From positions 1-40,819 of IMG/VR virus record IMGVR_UViG_3300012980_000010: a stretch of 40,819 bases of DNA, one strand, 5' to 3'. Source of the stretch: a virus. Lineage: Duplodnaviria; Caudoviricetes. Shown here one piece after another: positions 7,308 to 14,227 of the stretch; the first letter of the stretch is position 1, and every line of letters begins with the position of its first letter. The position numbers were made by a program, and so were the translations under genes. Below the pieces are notes generated by a model. It was not told the origin of the DNA. It did no database searches and worked only from the letters and a program-made list of their open reading frames with translations.

Positions 7308-7919
7308 CTATTCTCCTTTTGCAAGTGCGTCTGCAATTGACCAGCCGCGCTTAAGTCGCTTATGTAGGGTTGCGTCAGAAATTCCAATGTCAGCCGCCCA
7401 CTCGCTTTGTGTCTTTCCAATTCCATTCAGCGTGATGATCCTGTTATTTCGACGGTTCCTGTTTTGCTGAAGACTGGTCGCCCACCTACAATTTCCGGGC
7501 TCGTATCCCTTCGAGTTATCAATTCGGTCAATGCTGTATCCTTCAGGTCGTTCACCCATGTCTTTGATAAAATTCTCGAAGTCCAACCACAGTGCGCATA
7601 CTGAGATACCGCGACCGCCGTAGCTGGGGTAGTCTTTGTTGCTCTTGTCAAAGCATCGTTTTTTCATTGATTCCCAAATGCGATATGTTGGTGAGCGCGA
7701 GGCGCCATGCGTGCGCGCTTTCAATGCAGCCATATCAGAGCGATGGCATCCGCACGACCTTGTGTTGCCTGATCGAAGCGCGGTTCCATCAACCGTCGTC
7801 AATGTTCCGCATTCGCATTTACAGTTCCACATCACCTTCTTTGCTTGGCGAGTAGGCGATTCGCTTAACACGATCAAGCGCCCGAACTTATTGCCAATCA
7901 TGTCGATTTTTTTGACCAC
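7308..7919 (-). CDS. HNH-like homing endonuclease
   Basis: GNKFGRLIV...WNCKCECG...SCGC...WESMKKRC...YGGRGISVC...SIDRIDNSKGYEPGNCRWAT; GTG start after GAGGA. Confidence 0.85.
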   Translation of the reverse strand: MVKKIDMIGNKFGRLIVLSESPTRQAKKVMWNCKCECGTLTTVDGTALRSGNTRSCGCHRSDMAALKARTHGASRSPTYRIWESMKKRCFDKSNKDYPSYGGRGISVCALWLDFENFIKDMGERPEGYSIDRIDNSKGYEPGNCRWATSLQQNRNRRNNRIITLNGIGKTQSEWAADIGISDATLHKRLKRGWSIADALAKGE

Positions 7920-7921
7920 GG

Positions 7922-8869
7922 CTATTCCTCGTGTAACCAAGAATCGAAGGTGAGCTTTTGACCTTCATTCAAAACATGTTTAGTTGAGAGCATTGCAATC
8001 AATTCCGATGGCGTTTTTTTCTTTTCAAGAATCAGCTTCCGCCATACGGGCTTCCCTTTTTCGAACTCATCATCCGTCATTGCGGGAAGCGCTTCGGGCG
8101 CGGCCCGTTGCCTTGATCCGGCTTGCCCATCTGAGGCAAAAGCTTGCTCCGGCGTGGTGTCGCCTTCCTTGATGGCTGTGATTAGCCCGCGCAGGATTAC
8201 CAAGTGCTCAAGTCCAATATCCTCTATCCCGGACACCTCCAATTTGGCCAAAACCTGCGCCTCGGTGACCCCCAGGGCGACAAATACTTTCATAGCGTCT
8301 GCGCGTCGATTGACCAGCGTCTTAAAATCACCCATGACTGTTTGGCGCGCCGCTTGGTACATATCATCCCAAAAGGCTTTAGGAATGCCTTTCAAGATCG
8401 CGTTGCGCAGCGCAATGGAGCTGGCCGCATTACCCGTCACCCCTATCATGTCTGCGTTGTATCTCTTACCCTTGCTGTCCGTAATGCGGCGCTGAACCTC
8501 ATAAGTTATAGCCACATTGCGCTCTAAGTCATGAAACACACCCTGGGCCGTAATGAAATCGCCATGGTCACTGACCACACGCGCCCCGGCTCGGCAATTG
8601 CCCCAGGCCGAAGCAACGACCTCGGCAAACCGGGCGCTCGGCCCTTCGATAGTCTTGCCGCCGCGGGGGAGGGCATAGATGCAGGACTCGGCCACGGATT
8701 CATTGAGCGTGACCATCTGCAGGGACTCGTCCCGAAACCGCTTGATGCTTCGCGGGTACTTGTGGGCAGTCGCCACCTGCATGTCGATCTCCGACTTGTT
8801 GAGCAGCGCAACCGTGCCGCTTTCCACGCTCATGCTGGAAATTTCTTTTCCTTCGTCCAATGCGTCCAT
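7922..8869 (-). CDS. Phage protein, putative single-strand annealing protein
   Basis: AHKYPRS...YALPRGGKTIEGPSARFAEVVASAWGN motif; function inferred from position beside the YqaJ exonuclease. Confidence 0.6.
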   Translation of the reverse strand: MDALDEGKEISSMSVESGTVALLNKSEIDMQVATAHKYPRSIKRFRDESLQMVTLNESVAESCIYALPRGGKTIEGPSARFAEVVASAWGNCRAGARVVSDHGDFITAQGVFHDLERNVAITYEVQRRITDSKGKRYNADMIGVTGNAASSIALRNAILKGIPKAFWDDMYQAARQTVMGDFKTLVNRRADAMKVFVALGVTEAQVLAKLEVSGIEDIGLEHLVILRGLITAIKEGDTTPEQAFASDGQAGSRQRAAPEALPAMTDDEFEKGKPVWRKLILEKKKTPSELIAMLSTKHVLNEGQKLTFDSWLHEE

Positions 8870-8904
8870 GTTTGCCCCCTTTAAATTGATGAATTACTGA
8901 ATGG

Positions 8905-9369
8905 TTAAATGGTTACGCTGCGGATGGCGCGGGCGCGCAGCTTGCTGAGCTTGCCGTAGTAGTACTGGCTACCGTAGCCGAAGTCCTGAAACCAGGCGCT
9001 GTAGGAGTAGGCTGCGTGCTGCTCGCACGTCCAATAGGCTTCCGCTTTGAATTCATCAGGCATAGTCTGGGCAAGCAGCGCACCTACCACGCGGTCAAAC
9101 AGTTCGCCACCCCTAGATGCGGCCCATTCCATTTGTTCTTTCCAGCTCGCCTGATCAGAATCACCGGGCAACAGGATGATGTGCCGCACCGAACCGTTGG
9201 GGTTGACGATCCCGCCGACATACCGCTCACCAGGGTTGAGCAGGAGCTCGGTGGCCGGAATTGCGGGAAGGACAAGCCGCGTCTTTGCCGACTCTTTCTT
9301 CAACGTGGCAAGTTTCACGCCCAGCTGCAGGTATTTTGTTTCGAGTTCTTCCAGTGTGATTTTTGGCAT
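8905..9369 (-). CDS. DUF1566-like protein, DGR target 2
   Basis: AAGGA RBS; GERYVGGI...HIILLPGD...WKEQMEWAASRGGEL...YWTCEQHAAYSYSAWFQDF...RARAIR. Confidence 0.88.
   Translation of the reverse strand: MPKITLEELETKYLQLGVKLATLKKESAKTRLVLPAIPATELLLNPGERYVGGIVNPNGSVRHIILLPGDSDQASWKEQMEWAASRGGELFDRVVGALLAQTMPDEFKAEAYWTCEQHAAYSYSAWFQDFGYGSQYYYGKLSKLRARAIRSVTI
8917..9018 (-). repeat. DGR variable region VR2
   Basis: 102-bp ungapped match to VR1 and VR3. Confidence 0.88.
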
Positions 9370-9392
9370 GATTTTTCCTTTTTGATTGATCT

Positions 9393-9578
9393 TCAAACCC
9401 AGCTTGCCCAGATCCACGCGGCTGCGATTCCAACCGCTATCAATGCAAGAACCGTGCTGATCGAAGGCGTCCACGGACCATCCTCTTCCCAAAGAATCGG
9501 GAGGCCTGCGGTATGGCGCATGTAGTTCGCTTCCCTGACGGATCGGGGGAAGCGCAGCTGGTGCGGGTGCGTCCTCAT
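9393..9578 (-). CDS. Small protein with C-terminal transmembrane helix
   Basis: GGAGG RBS, ATGA overlap; ISTVLALIAVGIAAAWIWASWV. Confidence 0.55.
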   Translation of the reverse strand: MRTHPHQLRFPRSVREANYMRHTAGLPILWEEDGPWTPSISTVLALIAVGIAAAWIWASWV

Positions 9579-9772
9579 TGGGAACCTCCTGCAGAAAAAA
9601 CGGCGGCGCTGATGATCAGAAACAGGCAGACGACCCATGCTTGAAACTCGGCGTTATCTGTGAGCCTGGTGCGGAATTTCAGATTGATCCTGTCGATTGC
9701 CCAGCCAAGAATCACGGGCACGAAGATGCAGGCAGCGGTCGCCGCGGCTGAAATGAGAAGGGCGCGGATCAT
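9575..9772 (-). CDS. Small two-TM membrane protein
   Basis: GGAGG RBS, ATGA overlap; two hydrophobic segments. Confidence 0.55.
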   Translation of the reverse strand: MIRALLISAAATAACIFVPVILGWAIDRINLKFRTRLTDNAEFQAWVVCLFLIISAAVFSAGGSQ

Positions 9773-9960
9773 TCCAGGTCCTCCCAATAACCGCGCGCTG
9801 ATTTAATGTCCTGGTACACGGCATAGACGCCGATGAGGCCACCGACGATATAGATGCCCACGCCGTTGATGCTAATCATTGGCTGGCCAGTCAGGTAGTC
9901 GATCGCGCAGACCAGCACAAAGCCGCATGTGAACACCAGCGCGGCTATGGCGGCGCTCAT
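9769..9960 (-). CDS. Small two-TM membrane protein
   Basis: ATGA overlaps on both sides; two hydrophobic segments. Confidence 0.55.
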   Translation of the reverse strand: MSAAIAALVFTCGFVLVCAIDYLTGQPMISINGVGIYIVGGLIGVYAVYQDIKSARGYWEDLE

Positions 9961-10196
9961 TGCCGCACCGTCGAGGCTTGATGCATTACATGGACTGATG
10001 CACCGCTGTCCGTGTTAATCAAGAGCAGGTATTCATCCATTTCCACGCGGAGTTCGATCACACAGATGCCGATGGTTTGAGCCACAGCAGGCTTCGTGAC
10101 CGCCGAGCCGGATTCAAAAGCGTCCGTGAGATTCATCAGATTGCGGCGCAGGTCAGTGATGCGCGCGAGTTTGGCTTGGATGGCTTTCAGGTCCAT
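9957..10196 (-). CDS. Hypothetical phage protein
   Basis: 79-aa ORF with GGGGGA RBS in a coupled operon. Confidence 0.6.
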   Translation of the reverse strand: MDLKAIQAKLARITDLRRNLMNLTDAFESGSAVTKPAVAQTIGICVIELRVEMDEYLLLINTDSGASVHVMHQASTVRQ

Positions 10197-10223
10197 GGCG
10201 TTCCCCCCAAAGAAATGGCTAAA

Positions 10224-10595
10224 TTACTGAATTGGTAATCTGCGGATGGCGCGGGCGCGCAACTCGTTGCTCTTGTCGTAGATGCTCTGGTAACCGAAGT
10301 CGAAGTCCTGATACCAGGCGTCGTAGGAGGTGGCTGCGTGCGTTTCGTTGGACCAGCACCAATCGTTCTGGAAATACTGCCGAGCATTAGCGCGCAGGAG
10401 ATTCAGTTCGCGCCGGTCCGGAAGCGAGCCACCAATAGATGCGGCCCATTCGGTTGCGTCGCTGTGATTGGCAGCCTCAAGCTCACCCGGCAGCCCGATC
10501 AAGTGGTAGTCCGGCGTACCGTCTTCCTTCAGGACGATCCCGGCGTAAAACTCGCCTTCGTTGAGTTCGGGCAATGTGATGGTTTTCGGTTCCAT
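10224..10595 (-). CDS. DUF1566-like protein, DGR target 3
   Basis: AAGGAG RBS; GEFYAGIV...HLIGLPGE...WAASIGGSLPDRRE...WCWSNETHAATSYDAWYQDF...RARAIRR. Confidence 0.88.
   Translation of the reverse strand: MEPKTITLPELNEGEFYAGIVLKEDGTPDYHLIGLPGELEAANHSDATEWAASIGGSLPDRRELNLLRANARQYFQNDWCWSNETHAATSYDAWYQDFDFGYQSIYDKSNELRARAIRRLPIQ
10239..10340 (-). repeat. DGR variable region VR3
   Basis: 102-bp ungapped match to VR1 and VR2. Confidence 0.88.
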
Positions 10596-10604
10596 GTTTT
10601 CTCC

Positions 10605-10757
10605 TTAGTCTCCGCAAAAACGCACGCCAGACCGGCCATGCAATTCGTTGAAACGGTCTTCGTCACGGTTGACTGCGGCCAGCATTGCAAAGACGGCCTC
10701 CCGCTCGGTCTCGTCCGGCTGGCGCTGCTCTTGATCCGGCATTTCTGTGGTGTTCAT
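10605..10757 (-). CDS. 50-aa first gene of the leftward operon (not in the ORF track)
   Basis: MNTTEMPDQEQRQPDETEREAVFAMLAAVNRDEDRFNELHGRSGVRFCGD; GGGGGA RBS; directly after pL. Confidence 0.5.
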   Translation of the reverse strand: MNTTEMPDQEQRQPDETEREAVFAMLAAVNRDEDRFNELHGRSGVRFCGD

Positions 10758-10799
10758 GGCGTTCCCCCTGTTGCCCGCGATGTGTTGCGGTATGGGTTA

Positions 10800-10841
10800 A
10801 TTAAACACCATGTTTAACCGCGTGTCAAACAAAATGTTTAA
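10800..10841 (-). promoter_or_regulatory. pL-like promoter with two repressor operators (OL)
   Basis: TTGACA-17-TTTAAT on the minus strand; palindromes TTAAACACCATGTTTAA (10801-10817) and TCAAACAAAATGTTTAA (10825-10841). Confidence 0.85.
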
Positions 10842-10881
10842 TCTTTGGATAAAAATCTCCAAAGCCGGAACGACGGGCAAT

Positions 10882-10904
10882 AAAAAACCCGCCGAAGCGG
10901 GTTT
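10882..10904 (-). terminator. Intrinsic terminator closing the cI/accessory transcript
   Basis: AAACCCGC-TTCG-GCGGGTTTTTT on the minus strand. Confidence 0.8.
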
Positions 10905-10923
10905 GGTCTGGGTGGGGAGCGGA

Positions 10924-11142
10924 TTACTTGATGAGTTTTGCCAGGCCGAAGACGATTGTCACGAGGCCGGCAGCGAAAGCCCAGATTTTCCAGGTCATGG
11001 CGTGGAGCTCTTTGTGAAGTTCGGCACGAATATCGCTGACAGCCTGGGCCAGATCAGTCTTCGTGAGGAGGGTTTGCTTTAGATCCAATGGAATCCCTTG
11101 GCTATCAGTCCGGCCAGTCCAGCCATTGCAGCCAGCATCCAA
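10924..11142 (-). CDS. Coiled-coil plus C-terminal TM protein (DUF1640-like); start uncertain, possibly a fragment
   Basis: LLTKTDLAQAVSDIRAEL...TWKIWAFAAGLVTIVFGLAKLIK. Confidence 0.5.
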   Translation of the reverse strand: MDAGCNGWTGRTDSQGIPLDLKQTLLTKTDLAQAVSDIRAELHKELHAMTWKIWAFAAGLVTIVFGLAKLIK

Positions 11143-11261
11143 TAAAAATGGGCGTCTATCTTTTTTACGATGTCGCGCAAATCGGTTTCTACCAAGGCAA
11201 GCCTGGTATCAAACCCAGACAGCTTTTCTTCCATTTTTGAAACGCGCTCAGTGAGCTCCAT
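11079..11261 (-). CDS. Coiled-coil plus C-terminal TM protein
   Basis: MELTERVSKMEEKL...FYWMLAAMAGLAGLIAKGFHWI; GGAG RBS; frame also open upstream to 11381. Confidence 0.6.
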   Translation of the reverse strand: MELTERVSKMEEKLSGFDTRLALVETDLRDIVKKIDAHFYWMLAAMAGLAGLIAKGFHWI

Positions 11262-11322
11262 GGGTGGTTCTCCGCCTCCGGAAACCCCGGATGAATTTTG
11301 GTCTTGGCCTGATTGTACTCGA

Positions 11323-11625
11323 TTACTGACCAGTTTCAAGTTTGCGGATCGCATCGGCAACCTCTTCGTTGGTGATGTCAAGCATTTCTAAATACCCGCA
11401 AGTCTTGCATCTGAACAGCCGAACAACAAAACCGCCCATTTCGTTGGGCGTAAACCCGATTGCAGGAGGGCCACCTTGCGAGGCATTCATGGGCAGCATC
11501 GACAATATTAGGCCTGTAAGGATAAAGGTTCCAAAGCCAGATTTTTCTACCCTGGACTGGTCCTCCATTGGCCCATGCCCGTACCGACAGCTTGGTGTTA
11601 TTTTTTCCGGAGTCATCATTATCAA
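11323..11625 (-). CDS. Hypothetical protein, possible zinc ribbon
   Basis: CRYGH ... CKTCGY; overlaps the stop of the upstream gene. Confidence 0.55.
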   Translation of the reverse strand: MIMMTPEKITPSCRYGHGPMEDQSRVEKSGFGTFILTGLILSMLPMNASQGGPPAIGFTPNEMGGFVVRLFRCKTCGYLEMLDITNEEVADAIRKLETGQ

Positions 11626-12095
11626 TATCCAGGCGCTGACCCTGACGGCGGCACATTTGTCCGATTTAATGAAGGGGTTGGTTTGACGGGGCCAGGAGGG
11701 ACGTGTAACTGGCCGCTCATGTCAACGACCACTTTTAGTTGCCCATTTTTGATGTCCTTAACAATTGCATCCAGAATGGTTCCTTTTTGGACCCTCATCA
11801 CGCCCACGGTCAACATGCTTACAAATTCACATGGTTCAGAACATTTAACCATGCTAATGCTCATCCCTCGTTGCATGTTCCAATGGTACGCCCCATCATG
11901 GAACCCATAGTAATCCACCCTTATCATTGGCGTGACATTGACGCCTTTGAGCTTGTCCATGTCCGACAAGGCTGCCTCGTACCAGTAGGCGTTATCTCCA
12001 AAATACGAGTAATAATGCGTCTCTGTGGAATTTGAAGGAGAGGCCGAAAAAGAATTCATAGCCACAAATATCAGGCTAAAAGCTAGTTTTTTCAT
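11622..12095 (-). CDS. Secreted/periplasmic accessory protein
   Basis: Signal peptide MKKLAFSLIFVAMNSFSA; AT-richer codons. Confidence 0.7.
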   Translation of the reverse strand: MKKLAFSLIFVAMNSFSASPSNSTETHYYSYFGDNAYWYEAALSDMDKLKGVNVTPMIRVDYYGFHDGAYHWNMQRGMSISMVKCSEPCEFVSMLTVGVMRVQKGTILDAIVKDIKNGQLKVVVDMSGQLHVPPGPVKPTPSLNRTNVPPSGSAPGY

Positions 12096-12125
12096 ACTAG
12101 TGTTATCCGGGCTGAAGAACGGGGG

Positions 12126-12455
12126 TTACTGGTAGGAAGTTGCGCAGGCTGCGATATAGGACATTTCTGCGCCGTCTGGTGTTAGCTTTGCGGCCCAAGG
12201 CTGAGTGTAAATGTCGCGTGCGGTTTGAATCATGGATTGCTGGGCGTTAGGAGGCGTCATGCGCTTGATTGTCGCAATTACGGTCTTAAGGGGTTTCCCG
12301 CTATCCCTTTCCAACACCATCTGCTTTGCTATTAAGCCCAAAGCCTGACATTCCACGTCATGGGCTCCGCTTTCCCCTTCTGCATACAGGGGCCGCGCCG
12401 AACCAAGTGCAAATACGACGACGGCGGCAATTTTGTGGTATCTAAGCGACGGCAT
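12126..12455 (-). CDS. Secreted/periplasmic accessory protein
   Basis: AGGAGGG RBS; signal peptide ending LYA; two Cys (CQAL, AACA). Confidence 0.7.
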   Translation of the reverse strand: MPSLRYHKIAAVVVFALGSARPLYAEGESGAHDVECQALGLIAKQMVLERDSGKPLKTVIATIKRMTPPNAQQSMIQTARDIYTQPWAAKLTPDGAEMSYIAACATSYQ

Positions 12456-12465
12456 TCAATCCCTC

Positions 12466-12915
12466 CTACCTTCGTGCAATCTTATGACCGTGGCCAGGAA
12501 CAGCACCTTTTGCCCCGTGGGCGGCTTTTTTCTTCGTTTCTGGCGGGGGAATTTGATGATCTTGCCCCGATTCGGTGTTTTTTTGAGCGGGGGGAAGCTG
12601 CAGGATTTGATCTATATTTCCCTGGACATACGCTCTTTGGGTGTCTGTTAATTCTGCCCAATGTGCTGGCCCGGCATCGTTCATTGATCCAACACCTTTC
12701 CATAGCCACATAACCGAACACCCAAGGCTTTCGTGGGCTCTTAGAATGATCTCGGCGGGAAGTCCTCTAACCCCCCAATTGGTGACGACCTGTTGGGAAA
12801 CCAAAAAGAAGGCGGCAACATTTGTGGGAGTTGGGTACGCGCCATCCTTGGCCTCTATTGCTTCGTAAAGCCTTCTGGTCTGCTCGTGTTTTGGTCGTTT
12901 GCTCATGACATTCAT
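12466..12915 (-). CDS. CI-like HTH repressor without peptidase domain
   Basis: PTNVAAFFLVSQQVVTNWGVRG...LGCSVMWLWKGVGSM; divergent from cro across the operators; start 12915 or 12906. Confidence 0.8.
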   Translation of the reverse strand: MNVMSKRPKHEQTRRLYEAIEAKDGAYPTPTNVAAFFLVSQQVVTNWGVRGLPAEIILRAHESLGCSVMWLWKGVGSMNDAGPAHWAELTDTQRAYVQGNIDQILQLPPAQKNTESGQDHQIPPPETKKKAAHGAKGAVPGHGHKIARR

Positions 12916-12940
12916 TGTCACGAGATTCCCTGAGCCAAGG

Positions 12941-12982
12941 TTACACAAATTGTTTGACAGCACATTAAACATAGTGTTTAAT
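12941..12982 (+). promoter_or_regulatory. pR-like promoter with two operators (OR)
   Basis: TTGACA(12954)-17-TTTAAT(12977); palindromes TTACACAAATTGTTTGA (12941-12957) and TTAAACATAGTGTTTAA (12965-12981), same consensus as OL. Confidence 0.85.
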
Positions 12983-13010
12983 GTCCCCAACAATGCACCT
13001 GGACAAATCC

Positions 13011-13199
13011 ATGTCACCTGACGCAAAACTCATCGAATCCCTCGGCGGACCGGCAAAGGTTGCCGAGCTTCTTGGTTACGAGAAGGAGGGGGGCACCCAG
13101 AGAGTCCATAACTGGATTGAGCGCGGAATCCCTCCCAAAGTAAAGATCGAGCACCCTGAAATCTTCCTCAAAAAAATAAAGACCGGCAAAGCCGCTTAA
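13011..13199 (+). CDS. cro: Cro-like repressor
   Basis: LIESLGGPAKVAELLG...RVHNWIERGIP; first gene after pR. Confidence 0.85.
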   Translation: MSPDAKLIESLGGPAKVAELLGYEKEGGTQRVHNWIERGIPPKVKIEHPEIFLKKIKTGKAA

Positions 13200-13249
13200 T
13201 CACAGTGTCTTTTTTTGGCCTGAATTTCTAAAGGAAAGTAGTGGAAAAA

Positions 13250-13627
13250 ATGAATCCGCAAGTTTCCAGTAGGCAGTTAAACCTCGATTTCACGCCGGGG
13301 CTGACCGAAAGGTACGCCTCGATCTTGGACTGCATTTCAGGGTGCATCCACACCAACCAAAAGCCCATGAAGGTCATTGCGGCCGACATGGATATGAGCC
13401 AATCGGACCTCTCTCGCAAGCTGTCAAGCAACCCAGACGACCCGCGACGCTTCACCGTTTTAGACCTTGAGGCCTATGTGAAGGCCACGGGCGACACCGT
13501 TCCCATTCTTTACTTGGCCCAGAAATACTGCGCAGACAACGAATTCAAGCAGCGCGAAGCGATTGCCGCCCTAGCAAACATGGCACCCCAGCTTCAGGCG
13601 CTTCTCAAAGCTGCAGGGGTTGCCTGA
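13250..13627 (+). CDS. CII-like regulator
   Basis: KVIAADMDMSQSDLSRKL HTH; position after cro. Confidence 0.7.
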   Translation: MNPQVSSRQLNLDFTPGLTERYASILDCISGCIHTNQKPMKVIAADMDMSQSDLSRKLSSNPDDPRRFTVLDLEAYVKATGDTVPILYLAQKYCADNEFKQREAIAALANMAPQLQALLKAAGVA

Positions 13628-13917
13628 TGCGTACCTCTGTTTCCGAAACCAGTCTCAGCGCATACCGCTCTCTGAGCTCTCCCGACTATTTACAACCGAA
13701 AGAGGCAGCGATCATGCGCCTTTTTGGATTCGAGACGCGACTATCCCGACAGCAGATCAGCGAAATGGGCAATATGCCGATCAATTGCGTCTGCGGCAGG
13801 GTAAACAGCCTGGTGGCTTCCGGGCGCCTGATCGAACAGGGCGAGCGCACGGATCCGTTCACTGGAAAAAAACAGAAGCTCTTGCAGCTTCCAACGGGGC
13901 AGGGGAGGCTGTTTTGA
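13627..13917 (+). CDS. Winged-helix DNA-binding phage protein
   Basis: LSRQQISEMGNMPINCVCGRVNSLVASGRL. Confidence 0.65.
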   Translation: MRTSVSETSLSAYRSLSSPDYLQPKEAAIMRLFGFETRLSRQQISEMGNMPINCVCGRVNSLVASGRLIEQGERTDPFTGKKQKLLQLPTGQGRLF

Positions 13918-13971
13918 TTCCACAAAAAATGAGGGGTAACATCATCACCTCAAATCAAAAAGGGGGTTTCC

Positions 13972-14181
13972 ATGGCACAAGATTGGGATTGGAGTCTGAA
14001 GGAAAGCGCGGGGGATATTGTTGTTCCTTCTGTGGATGCAATTGCCGTGTATCAAAATCAACAACAGGATGTCGTCATTCGGCAGCAGAATTCTCTGGGC
14101 GAGGACGATCATGTGATTATTATTCCAAAATCAAATGTGAGGGCGGTCATAAAGGCTCTACAAGCCTCACTGAAAGCCTAG
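13972..14181 (+). CDS. Hypothetical protein
   Basis: 69-aa ORF with AGGGGG RBS. Confidence 0.55.
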   Translation: MAQDWDWSLKESAGDIVVPSVDAIAVYQNQQQDVVIRQQNSLGEDDHVIIIPKSNVRAVIKALQASLKA

Positions 14182-14227
14182 GTCTAAAAGCACTTCACGG
14201 AACACGTCAACAATATGAGGCCGCACT

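Noticed and set aside
4025-10340. The three 102-bp repeats as a CRISPR array or plain paralog similarity
   Set aside because: They are kilobases apart, in-frame at gene ends and lack spacers; variation at codon positions 1-2 with conserved third positions is not ordinary paralog drift
12916-13026. Extended N-termini of cI (from 13026) and cro (from 12981)
   Set aside because: They would run through the operators and promoter; downstream starts are more plausible
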